Shown piece after piece: positions 1-10,978 of a stretch of 64,000 bases of DNA. The translations under genes were made by a program, and so were the position numbers. Under the pieces are notes generated by a model, which saw only the letters and a list, made by a program, of their open reading frames with translations, ran no database searches and was not told the origin of the DNA. Location: the IMG/VR virus record IMGVR_UViG_3300028364_000013; one strand, 5' to 3'. Numbering within the stretch: position 1 is the stretch's first letter; each line of letters opens with the position of its first letter. Source of the DNA: a virus (lineage: Duplodnaviria > Caudoviricetes).

Positions 1-119
1 AGTCGCATTCATCACAACCGAGATAGTGTGGGAATTCTGACAAATTAATTCGTTTATCCAATTCTTTTATTAGACCACCGACTTCGCTTGGTTTATATTC
101 TCCAGCAAGGTCTGATATA

Positions 120-3100
120 TCAATTGTCTTTTCCTTCTTCATCTTGTTCTAATTTGTATAGATAATCAAACTCCTTTGCCTTAAACTTTTCCTTAAGCTC
201 TTCGACTGTGAAAGTTTCCAATGTGCTTATGTTTGTAATCTTCACATTATCTTTCGCCTTATCATGTGAAATGAATCCTTTTATGTTTTCTATAATTTCT
301 CTCATGGCTTCTTCTTGTGTTTCATGTCCTACAAATAAATTACCTGTCAATGACTTGCAATGTTCTTCAAGTTCCTTCTGTGTCTTTTTAGCTATAGAAT
401 CTCCAGTGTACTTGTAATAAGTAAAGTTTTCTATGAGTATGACTTGCTCTACAATGTAGTATGTCTTGTATGCATTATCATTAAGACTCCATCTATCATA
501 CTTGTGGATTAGGAACTCCAGCGTCCTAACGTGCTCCTGGCTTTTTATCATGAATAAAAATCCAATCAAGAATGTTAGAGTTGGGATAATAGACAAAAGG
601 AACAATGCTACCATATCTTTGAGTGGCATGCTCCAGAATCCTGTGTTGATGGATGCGACAATCATGAATGTGCTCCACGAAATTAATAGAATTATCCAGA
701 CTGTTGTACAGACGATTTCACGAGCATCCCTCTTTCTTGTTTCTCCTGGGAGAATATAACCTTTTCCTACTTTTGTTTCCATAATTATTTGTTTCTACAA
801 AGCCCTGTACAATTGCATTGTCTAACATTATCTCCATAGCAGAAATCTTTTCCTACTACTTCAACTGCAGTTACTCTGTCTATGTCAATTTTAGCTTGTT
901 GTCCTTTTTTGAATATGTCTATAACAACTTCGGACCACATGTTTCTTTCAATCCTTTCAGCTTCACCAACAAAGGTTCCATCTAAGTCAATAAACTTCAC
1001 TCTAACCCATGTCAATAGTCTTCTAAAATTAGAATCCCTCTTGTAGGCTGTTTCGTAATTATAGCTTTGATTGGTAGAGATAACTTTTCCTGTAGTAACA
1101 TCAACAAGATAAGGCACCTCAACAAGTTGTCCTTCTTTTATTTCCATTATTCGAATTCTTGGTCAATTATTTTTTGAATGAAGGCTGGTTTGGCAACTTT
1201 TATTAGCATCCACCCACATGTCTCAGCGTTTTCTATTCTACGCAAATAATCATTTACACATCTTTCTCTTGCGTTGCACTCTGTAATGTACTTAGATAGT
1301 TTGTTGGTATAATTCTCCAGTACTCCATTGAACTTTAACTCTGGATACTTAATCATAAGTGCGCTTATGTTTTCCACATCACTTGGATTCATGTTCTTGA
1401 ACATTTCCTTTTCGTAATCTGGGTACAGCTTGGTCAAGGAGTCGGTTATCTCATCCTTATATTCACTCATCTCTTTCTTAATGGACTTAACATCTCTTAG
1501 GTTCTCTTTGATTTCGTTGAAGTGTCTGTTTATCTCATTTCTAAACTCCATGTTACGAAATGCTGATATGATAAGAGTAACGGTGCTTGCTATTAGTCCT
1601 ATGACTCCTACAGTAATTGCAGCGTTCCACCAATTGCCAGCAGGCAAGAAAGTACCAGTAGTAAATCCTACTGCGGATATGAATGCGAATAATAGTATTG
1701 TGTAGATAAAATTCATTGTGTAGTTTTTTAGTTATGCGTTATACGTTCTAAATTTAGAAATGTTCTATTTAATCCATTCCAATTATAATCTTATGGTTCT
1801 TCATAAGGAATTCTTTTGCTTTCTTCGGGTCTTTTACTTTATCTCCAAGGAGTTTAATTACTTGTGTAATGATTCTCTCGCCTCTATCCTCCATCTTTCT
1901 AAATTTATGGTTAAGAAGCGTTTCACCGAAATCAAGCACTCTCTTGGGAACTTGTTCCTCTGGGAGTCTATTACTTTCTGCTCCAGCTGATTGCTTCAAG
2001 TAAAGTCTCAGGCACATATCTAATTTATTGTCGGTAAGGAACTCATATCTATTATCTTCAGTGTCTATTGAATACTTCTTCATCTTCCTAAGGAAGTCAC
2101 TTGAGTGGTTTCCGTGTCCATCGTATGCCATTCCAGTTGCAACAGCTTTAAGTGGTTCACGAGAGTAGTGGGACAATCTGTATATTACAAATATCTCATC
2201 ACCAATTCTATATATGTAACTTGCCTTATGCTTTCTCATTATTTACTAAATTGTTCAGTGTCAAAAATTTTATACCTAAAAGGCCTTCGGCTTGCCAAAA
2301 TGATTAAAATTTCTATGGTTCAATTTTTAGAGGATTTCTTTAAAAAGTTTTCCTCAATATTTTTTTTGTTTGCGTGTTCTAACATCTGCTCATTCAAAAA
2401 CCATTCATCAATAAATTCAGCCACTCTTTTTCTTAATTCTTTTATCTTCAACTCTTTATCATCATCTTCAAGGTTAGAAGCTATTCTTGGATATACATCA
2501 TATAGATTAAAAAGAACAAGGTTTGCATCAAAACCATCTTTATCTAAATCACCCATAAAACGATACCAATCAAAACTAATTCCAATAGACATATCGGTTT
2601 CAATCATAACAACATTGCCATCAGAAGAATTAACAATTTCTTCAATCTCTTCTTGTGTAAGTTTTTCTTCTTTATAATGCAACCTACTCAACAGATAATC
2701 AATAGTATGCTTAATGCTATTATTAAGGTCAATATTTACGTCTTCTATTCCTGCAAGTTCATTAATCATTCTTTCATATAAAAAGACTTTGAAGTCATTT
2801 ATAAACAAATCAATTATAAATTCTTTTTCCCTTCTACTGTGGTACATATTTTATAGTTTAATTTTTTATTATTTATTTACCGTTTTATTATACGTTTCTA
2901 AACTTAGAATGTTCTATTTTTCCCCCGCTTATTTATGGAATAGTGTTTAAAACTTTTGAGAATTCAGCTATTGGTGAATCGTCTAATTAATCAACAGTTG
3001 TGTGGTTTTTCTTATTTCTCCTGGCTATTAGCCAGTCTGTTAATTTTTCTATCATACGTCAAATCCTTCAATCTTCAGCTTATCGTAAGCAATCTTTACA

Positions 3101-3979
3101 AGTTGTTCATGAGAGAACAATTTGCTCATGCTATCGTAGCTTGTTCCTGTAAGCAATTCGAAAGACTCTTCCTTAAGATTTGTCTTTTGCTGTTCTGTTA
3201 AAGTTTCATACCAAGTCATTGACTCAGTGCCTTCAAGAGCGTCATCCACAGGGCTCATTGCTCCTAATGATAACGAAAGTGCTGTTAATATTTTCATGTT
3301 ATTTTTTTTTAAAAACGGTTATTTGTTTTTAAGTTAATTAATTTTCAAAATAATTATCACACATACCACAGTGCCACATATCATTACACATATATTCAGT
3401 GTATGTACTGCCACAATCACACATAACTCCAGGAATAGTTGGTTCGCCAGAAATCATATAATCTTTAACTTCAACTTCAGATTTTCCTATTTCTCCTGGA
3501 ACTAATCTTCCATCTTGCTGCACGCTGTACGATTGATACGGTTCGAGTTTCTGAATGTCTGTGTTTAGATTAACTAAAAAATCAAAATACTTCTCTGCAT
3601 CTTTTCTTAGCATTTCATCAGATTTATCCCATTTTTTAATCACTGCATCAATTGAATAATTGTATTGTTCATATATTTCATCATGATATGTTCTATCAGG
3701 AGCTATATGTCCAATTTTTTTGAATTCAATTTTCATTACATCAGGTGTATTAAAATTTAAAATATCTTTTCCATAAGATTCATCTACAGCATCAACAATT
3801 TTTTCAATAAAATCGTCTTCATCACTATATAATTTTTCACCTTCTTCAGAATCAAAAAATTCATCCCTTTCATCTTCATTAGTAAAAGCATTTCTTATCT
3901 TTTCTCTTTTTATGTTTAATAAAACAGCGTTTTTAAAAAGAGAAAAGATATAATCATTAAATTTAAGTTTTGAGTTCAT
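120..3979 (-). other. Tandem array of hypothetical phage CDSs (120-782, 785-1147, 1147-1716, 1769-2239, 2320-2847, 3052-3297, 3338-3979)
   Basis: Co-oriented, abutting or stop/start-overlapping ORFs, some preceded by the recurrent promoter; no family recognised. 120-782 and 1147-1716 have N-terminal hydrophobic segments. Confidence 0.8.
1739..1767 (-). promoter_or_regulatory. Recurrent phage promoter TAGAACA-N15-CGTATAA. Further copies: 2888-2916, 6107-6135, 7874-7902, 8762-8790, 12210-12238, 14201-14229, 14974-15002, 23272-23300, 23899-23927, 27033-27061, 30257-30285, 37239-37267, 41649-41677, 43269-43297, 43946-43974, 45873-45901, 49877-49905, 53696-53724, 59108-59136
   Basis: Same two boxes (with minor variants) and an invariant 15-nt spacer, always upstream of a minus-strand start codon. 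Confidence 0.85.
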
Positions 3980-3981
3980 TT

Positions 3982-5259
3982 TTAGTTATTAAGTTCAACA
4001 ATGTAAGCAATCGTGCATCTCTTTGATTCATAGACAATAATCTCATCATTATACAAAGAGCTTCCAGCGTGTGCGAAAGTACAATCGTAATCACCTTTGC
4101 TATCAAGTTTGCTTTGACAAAGACTTGAGTCTGATGAAGTTACATCATATTGTCTTCCTATGTGTACATCAAACAAAGCCAAGTATCCTTTATTGTCATT
4201 TCCTCTTGCCCAGTAAGAGCCAGAAAGAGATGAATATCCAATAGACTTCTGTGCTTTGTTGGAAAAGTAAATACCATCACCAAACATTGACCCTGTGTGT
4301 TGAACACCAGATGGACGAATAAGAAGTCCAGTCTGAATAATGTTAAACCAGTTCTCATTTCTTGAACCGTGCCACAATAGCAATCTATTTTTTAAATTGG
4401 CATTGGCATAGTGTGCATCAAACTTTGCTTGAGTTGATTTATTTACACACTTGAACAGTCTGCTTAATTGATTTGCGTTATTTCCAAGCAATTTCTTTAC
4501 AAGAGCAATTGCTTTTGGGTCTTTCTCTTCTGTAACTTCAAGCCCCATCTTATCAAGAAGGTCTGGCGCTGCTTTGACTTCATCCTCTTCTTCCTCATCT
4601 TCATCAGATGCGTTTTGAGTAATCATTGCCACCTGACCAGCCATTGTATCAAGAATAGACTGCTCATTGGCAATGAAGTCTTTCATTTCTTCAATGGTGT
4701 AATCATCTTCATTTAGCAAGAAGTCTTTAACGTTGCTCATCTTTCTTGGGATGGTAGCATAAAGTTCCAATAATTTTTCATTTATTGGCTCTATCTTATT
4801 TGCCTTGGTAGAATTGTTTCTCACAATTACTGCGGCAGCATCAATGATTGCTTGTGCGTTGTCAACCTGCTTCTGTGTTACATCTTCTTGTGTAATCTTA
4901 TAGTTGGCACCAATGGACTTGTTTGCGTATGCCATAAGGTCATCAAACAATGCTTGCACCTCTGCTTCAGAGATATTTACAATTCCAGTAGATTTTTGTG
5001 CTTGCTTAATTACAGCTTCATCAGTCTTGTCTACATAACCTTTTCGAGCTGAAGTCTTTTGGTTATATGTAGCATTCCACTTAGATGAAGATTTAACATC
5101 AACAGCCATTTTTGTACCAATCCTTCCATAGGTACATCTAATTGTTCCATTGGATTGCTCTTCCATTATGTAGACTTTGTTGGACTGACTTGTCTTTCCG
5201 TTGTCTACACTAACATGTATTAGTTTGGCATATCTCAGCCCGTCCTCTTTTGTTATCAT
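3982..5259 (-). CDS. Poly(ADP-ribose) polymerase-like protein (WGR + regulatory + catalytic domains)
   Basis: WGR-like TYGRIG; catalytic LLWHGSR, GSMFGDGIYF, AQKSIGY and YNDEIIVY (H-Y-E triad). Confidence 0.9.
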   Translation of the reverse strand: MITKEDGLRYAKLIHVSVDNGKTSQSNKVYIMEEQSNGTIRCTYGRIGTKMAVDVKSSSKWNATYNQKTSARKGYVDKTDEAVIKQAQKSTGIVNISEAEVQALFDDLMAYANKSIGANYKITQEDVTQKQVDNAQAIIDAAAVIVRNNSTKANKIEPINEKLLELYATIPRKMSNVKDFLLNEDDYTIEEMKDFIANEQSILDTMAGQVAMITQNASDEDEEEEDEVKAAPDLLDKMGLEVTEEKDPKAIALVKKLLGNNANQLSRLFKCVNKSTQAKFDAHYANANLKNRLLLWHGSRNENWFNIIQTGLLIRPSGVQHTGSMFGDGIYFSNKAQKSIGYSSLSGSYWARGNDNKGYLALFDVHIGRQYDVTSSDSSLCQSKLDSKGDYDCTFAHAGSSLYNDEIIVYESKRCTIAYIVELNN

Positions 5260-5268
5260 TTGTGTGGT

Positions 5269-6087
5269 TTATATCAATTCTTTTTCTTTTAAGTAATCGT
5301 AAAGACAAGGTAAGTTCAATAAATATTGATTATGATATGTTGAACCTCCGTAGTAATCTCCTTCTCTAAATTCACGAACACTAACGCAATTGTTGGCAAT
5401 GTTCTTATATTGCAAGAATGATATTGATGGTGCTACTTTTTCAAGAAGCTCATCAAGTTCTGTCATTGAGTCTGGCGCTTTACTTGGAGACACAGAACCA
5501 GAATTGCCCCAGCAATCCTGCCAAGTTCCTCCAAGGCTCCATGAATCACCCTTAACAACCCCTTCTTCATTTGCATAAAGCTGATGCTCATCAGAAAACA
5601 TTTTCCATTCTGGCTTTCTCTGAACATTATAAGTTTTTTTGCTAAACTTTATCTTCTTATATTTTTCAATATCTTTGACCTCCATTATTTCATTAATAGA
5701 ATCAATTTTAGCATTCTCTATGGTGATTGCAGAGTCTTCATCTCTTCTGTGCGTGTCGTTCCAGATGCAAGCTTCTACGTTTGGATTCCAATAGTGAATT
5801 ATTACGTGTGATGGAAGCCTGTTTCTATCACAAGCAATTTCAAGAACCTTTTCAACATCTTTTCTTGTAAGAAATAACCCATCAAGAAAAGTATGTCTAT
5901 CAAACAAGCTGCTTCTATCTTTAATAAGCTCTTCCATGTTTTTATATCTTCCTCCTCTTGCTCCATGCAAATATTGGTCGCACTCAATTAAGTTGGCGAG
6001 TCTACCCATTTCCTTGTGAAGTATTTTGAATGCGGATGTCTTTCCGCTTCCTGGAAGTCCGACTGATATGTGTAATTCTCTATGCAT
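5269..6087 (-). CDS. P-loop kinase (AAA_33/PNK-like) with unknown C-terminal domain
   Basis: N-terminal VGLPGSGKT Walker A motif. Confidence 0.65.
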   Translation of the reverse strand: MHRELHISVGLPGSGKTSAFKILHKEMGRLANLIECDQYLHGARGGRYKNMEELIKDRSSLFDRHTFLDGLFLTRKDVEKVLEIACDRNRLPSHVIIHYWNPNVEACIWNDTHRRDEDSAITIENAKIDSINEIMEVKDIEKYKKIKFSKKTYNVQRKPEWKMFSDEHQLYANEEGVVKGDSWSLGGTWQDCWGNSGSVSPSKAPDSMTELDELLEKVAPSISFLQYKNIANNCVSVREFREGDYYGGSTYHNQYLLNLPCLYDYLKEKELI

Positions 6088-6279
6088 TAACGCTGTTGTT
6101 TGAAAGTTATACGAAAAAAAAAGAGGAATGTTCTAAAAACTTCCTCTTTTATTATATCTTGTAAAAACAACCAAGTGGCTTACATGGCCAGTACCAGTTG
6201 CATGGTAGCAACCTAACACATGGAGAGTATCGACCTCCCTTTAACCAAAATCAGCCTACTTGGTATATCTTTAAGCTTC

Positions 6280-6627
6280 TTATTTCTTAAAAGAGCTTGC
6301 TACAGCAAAGAAGTATTCTTCTTTTTCTCTTTCAATATCTTCCAGTTCATCAAAACTACAAAGTCTTGGATTGGTTTTGTTTCTGGTAGAATAATCAGGC
6401 CCATATTCCCAACCATCTTTTCTCTTTCCAATTACAAAATTGTAGTGAGCTTCTTGTGGGCTTCTTACAATTCCTTTTACGATTTTCTCTACTGAGTCAG
6501 CAACAATTGCATGATGCTCTGGAGACTTATCTTCCCAAGGAATTACTTGCATTCCATTGTTTTTGCAAAGTACGTTATGCACCTCGTGGCACGTCTTTGC
6601 AATTTGTAACTTTTTCTTGTTTTTCAT
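6280..6627 (-). CDS. RyR-domain protein
   Basis: IAKTCHEVH, SPQEAH, GWEYGP, KTNPRLCSFDEL pattern typical of phage RyR-domain proteins. Confidence 0.7.
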   Translation of the reverse strand: MKNKKKLQIAKTCHEVHNVLCKNNGMQVIPWEDKSPEHHAIVADSVEKIVKGIVRSPQEAHYNFVIGKRKDGWEYGPDYSTRNKTNPRLCSFDELEDIEREKEEYFFAVASSFKK

Positions 6628-6994
6628 ATTCTTTTTTTATGATTTTTAATACACAAATATACGACAAATTTGTCAAAAATTCAATACTATTTTTTCTCTT
6701 TTTTCTGACAATATCTGTTGAAGCTTCCAAAGTCTTCGCTGATGATTTCGCACATCTTTACCTTGCTGATGTTATCAGTTTTCACACCTATGGAGTGAAG
6801 GAATTCTTTTATGACTTCAGTTCGTTCGCCTTTTGTCTTGAATCCTTTTTTAACCAAGTAGTTATTAACTCCGTTGCTTGGGTTTGACATCCCATTTCTT
6901 GAACTGTTACCCTCCATTGTTCTTGGATAACCGACTCCTGGTCCAATATATTCTCCTGTCTGTTCGTCAAGGATTCCATCAAGAATCATGTCTG

Positions 6995-7307
6995 CTATAT
7001 CTCCCATCTTGTAAATTTTATTGTTGTAACTTCATCTTCAAATGTTATTTCTGGATAGAATCTCTTCATCTGCTCCCACATGTCGTGATGGTCTTTTAAA
7101 TCCATCGTTCTGAAGGTCTCCTATGTATACGTTTGCCAACCTGCAGTAATGCACATTGATTACGTTTACAATCTCTTGTCTATTTTCTTCAACGCTCTCC
7201 AGCTTCAAGTCGCCCAACTGAATGTCTCTTCGACCTTTTCTTATGGTTGTTTGCTTCCCAGTTTCAAGGGCATCAAATATGTCTTCTGCTAATTTTAAAG
7301 TCTGCAT
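6995..7307 (-). pseudogene. ASCH-domain protein with a 1-nt frameshift (probably an assembly error)
   Basis: GKQTTIRKG motif. Removing one base of the run at 7094-7097 restores the C-terminus DGFKDHHDMWEQMKRFYPEITFEDEVTTIKF. Confidence 0.7.
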
Positions 7308-8196
7308 TGTAATTATTTTAAATACCTAAAGTTGCAATATTTAGGAGAATTTCTATAATTGCCAGAGGAAACATCATCATAGCCAAGACCATGAGAAATG
7401 GTGTTGTAATTTCAAGTGTCTTTTTCCTACCATCCTGGCAAGACTTGCATACACCATCTTGCCAATACATAGTTGATGACTCGTTTCCACAAGATTGGCA
7501 CACATCTTTATCTGGACCTCCAAATGAATTTCCGAAATGTTTTAATTCGTTCATTATTTTGAAGTGTCTATTAATTCAGCTCCTTCTGGAAGTCTAAACT
7601 TAACGTGACTAAATCCAGAAAATCCATTAAGGTCTTTCTTTACAAAGTGAGTCCACCAGCAAATAAAAGAAGCTACATCTTGGCTGTATTGGTCAAGAGA
7701 AAATTTATTTGCATTACCATAAGGGATGACCTCAATGCCACTTGATAGGTCAATGCAAGATTTGAAGGTGAAAGCATTGCAACCATGCTCAAGGGGTTTC
7801 TTTCTATCCTCTGGAGTTAGCATGCCTTCTTTATTTATAATGTTTATTTTATTGATGTTCATCATAGCTTTTGTTATACGTTATAAATTTAAAAATGTTC
7901 TATTTACCAATCGAGCATATCTTTAATTTGCCGCTGCCTCTCCTCTCGTTTTGGATGTTTATATGCAATCTCTTTGCATTTTGGACATTTCATATCCCAA
8001 GTAGAAGAATCAATATCTCTCATGTAAACAAACTCTTCATTACCACAATGTTCACAACTTAAATCATCTGGATATGTAATCACACCTCCAAAAGAAATGT
8101 TTGGACATCCAGTTGTAGAGCTTTCTCTTTTAATTGAAGCGGGAAAAATTATTGCGACTATTATGAGTATGAAAAGTATTTCCATTTACTGTTCTT

Positions 8197-8547
8197 TTAT
8201 TTTTTATTGTTTCTTTCTTCTCGGTCAATTTCAGCTTGCTCTTCATAGGCTTGCTCCATTTCCCAAGCATCTGTGTAACAAATATACCAAGAAGGCTCGA
8301 ATCCTTTAGGGATAGCTTCTTCCCCACATTCGTTTGCCATCATTGTCAAGAATCCAGCACAAGTCTGAGACTCTTGTCCAGCATAAGTATCTCCTTCATC
8401 ATCATGTTCAAGAGTCTTGTGGCAAGTAAATTCATTGTATGGGTTTTGAGTTAACCTGGCAAGTTCTGCACCACGCTCTGGGTGTAGAAATGGTTTAATA
8501 TCACTTCTGTATGGACAATGCTTGCAGGGTTTTTTACAGTAACTCAT
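8197..8547 (-). CDS. Cys-rich phage protein (DUF6283-like)
   Basis: PCKHCPYR...FTCHKT...CAGFL pattern. Confidence 0.5.
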   Translation of the reverse strand: MSYCKKPCKHCPYRSDIKPFLHPERGAELARLTQNPYNEFTCHKTLEHDDEGDTYAGQESQTCAGFLTMMANECGEEAIPKGFEPSWYICYTDAWEMEQAYEEQAEIDREERNNKK

Positions 8548-10435
8548 TATTCTCCTCTTAATAGTTTGAAATTAGTTGGTTCAACTCCAATAACTTTTTG
8601 AAGTGTATGAAGCTCTGACTCCATTGAAGTTTGAATCAATGCTAGAGGAGCATTTGAAAATACAACAGCGGTTTTTCCAGACATTCTTGAGTCTGCTAAA
8701 ATCTCATCAATTCTTTTTTGGATTTCTTTTTCGTTCATAACTAAAGTATTGGTTCGATTAGTTATACGCAAAAAGATTAGAAATGTTTCAATTACCACTC
8801 ACTATAACCAGACATTCTTTTATACACAACGCAATCATCGAAAACCCAAAAACCTATAGGTTCGTTGTATTGGTCTTCATCATCGTATATAATTGACTTA
8901 TCATCTCCATGATGAGTGATTTGGTAAAAAATCATTTCTCTACCATGCTCATCAGATTCTAGTTTTGTATAGTGCCAATTGTTTTTATTTATTTTTGAAG
9001 AAAGGGAGTCAGCCATATAAATGGTTTCTATACCAGTTATCTCTCTAAGGTGGTTTGCTATCTTTTCATTTGATTCACCCCAATGCTTACCTATGTGTTC
9101 ATTATCAAACAAACAAACTGGATGGGTGAACTCATTTTTATGTTCTCTCTCAGCACGTTCCATGAACTTTTGCATCATGTCACCATTACATATAAAGAAA
9201 AGTCTTTCAAATGGGACAGAGCACTTCATAGGCTCTATTGTTGAATCTGGTTCTATTATATAGATATTCTCATCTTCACTCTCAAGAGATTGTTCTAATT
9301 CTTTTTTCTTAAATCTTCTGGAAATCTTTTTGAAGAGTTCATACTCGGCTGGTTTTGTTCTGTAATAAGAAAATCTTTGAACATCACTAACAAACTGCGA
9401 AGGGGTTTCTCTATTGATTCTCCTTAAGGTGTTGTATTTGTATTTATCTTTATTCCAACCAATGAATTCTGACTTAATTAAGATATGTTTACCGACTATA
9501 TTCATAACATCTCTTGATGTGAATTTATCTTCGTTCATCTTCTAATATTTTGTTACAAATACTTTCGATTACCTCAACATCTATTTCAGTCACACCAACT
9601 ATGTTGGAATTATTATCCCTTTTAATCTGAGTGTGTATTTGCAGTATAGCATGCTTCATCTCCTTATTTATCCTAATGAGTTCAAAGACCGCTTTAGCTG
9701 TTCCAGTGCTTGAGAACTGGAATTCTTTCTCCAGGTGCTCAATGAATTGAGTTATTGTAAATTTATTCCAATCTACAACTGGAGCTGGTTCATGGTAAAT
9801 TACCACTTCCATTTCTCCTATGTCATTTTTCTTTAGCTTCGGTATTTCTTTGAAGTACCCTCTATTAGAATGCATTGATGGGTGTGGTTCTACATAAATG
9901 CTATCCATCTCAATATCAACATAACCAACATCTGCATTCTCATAACAATAGTATCGAACAAATTTCTCTGGAATTGCTGGAATTCCTATCTTAATTAACT
10001 CTGGACATGTTGTTGCCACTACTACCTTTTGCTTATGCGCATATTGAGCGCCTCCAGAAGAGCGTGGTTTATTTAAGAAGTCATCTATATACCACTCATC
10101 AACTCCTTCCTTAACCTCTCTATCTTCAACAAAGCATAGATTTTGTCGCACATCACCCATATCTGGCATTGCACTATAGTACTGGTAAAAGTGAGTTACC
10201 TCATCTGTTGTTCTAAATACCAGAGGACCGAATCCTCCAGTATTAATACTCATTGGTATGAGTGATTTTATGTTTGTCATTTGTATACGAAATATAGTGT
10301 TACTCCAATTGCAATTGCTACAATTACAATGGCAAGGAATATACATCCTCCTTTACTTTTGCTATCAGCTGCGGCTCCAAGTAAGTCTGCGCCAGTTTCG
10401 ATAACTACTTCAACAATTTCTTCCATTTCTATATA

Positions 10436-10978
10436 TTAATCTGGCTTTGCGCCAAGTGCTTTTATTGCTTCTTCGTACTTACCTTCTGCAGCAAGACCAT
10501 ACTTGGCTGGAGTATTTACGTAATGTGGTCCTTGTTGAATGAAGAAGTCCCAATCATCATCAATGATGCAGTAACCTTCAATCTCACAATTATCTCTACC
10601 TTCTTGATTGTATGGCGCTGTCCAGTAGCTTGTTGGGTAGTACCAACCTTTGCTGCGAAGCCACTTGTTAACATCAACTCCACGAACTCTTTCGCTATCA
10701 TATCCTGTGATGTCGAATATTTCTCCTGGAAGCTCTCTGCCTTTCCAAAATTTCTTAAACCACTCAAGCCCTTCAGCTCTCCATGTAGATGAGACTACAA
10801 TCTTTGCTCCAGTAGCTTCAATGATTCTTCTTAACACTTCCACTGCCTCTGGACAAAACTGCTCCTTGTCATCCTTGCTATTTCTCATAAGCTTTGGATT
10901 CTCCCAGTTGTTGCTCCAAAACTTAAGACCATGTTCAGTGTTTAGAACACCATCTATATCAAGGAAGATTATATACAT
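10436..10978 (-). CDS. HAD phosphatase domain (Swiss-army-knife RNA-repair type)
   Basis: FLDIDGVLN, IVVSSTWR and CIIDDD motifs. Confidence 0.85.
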   Translation of the reverse strand: MYIIFLDIDGVLNTEHGLKFWSNNWENPKLMRNSKDDKEQFCPEAVEVLRRIIEATGAKIVVSSTWRAEGLEWFKKFWKGRELPGEIFDITGYDSERVRGVDVNKWLRSKGWYYPTSYWTAPYNQEGRDNCEIEGYCIIDDDWDFFIQQGPHYVNTPAKYGLAAEGKYEEAIKALGAKPD

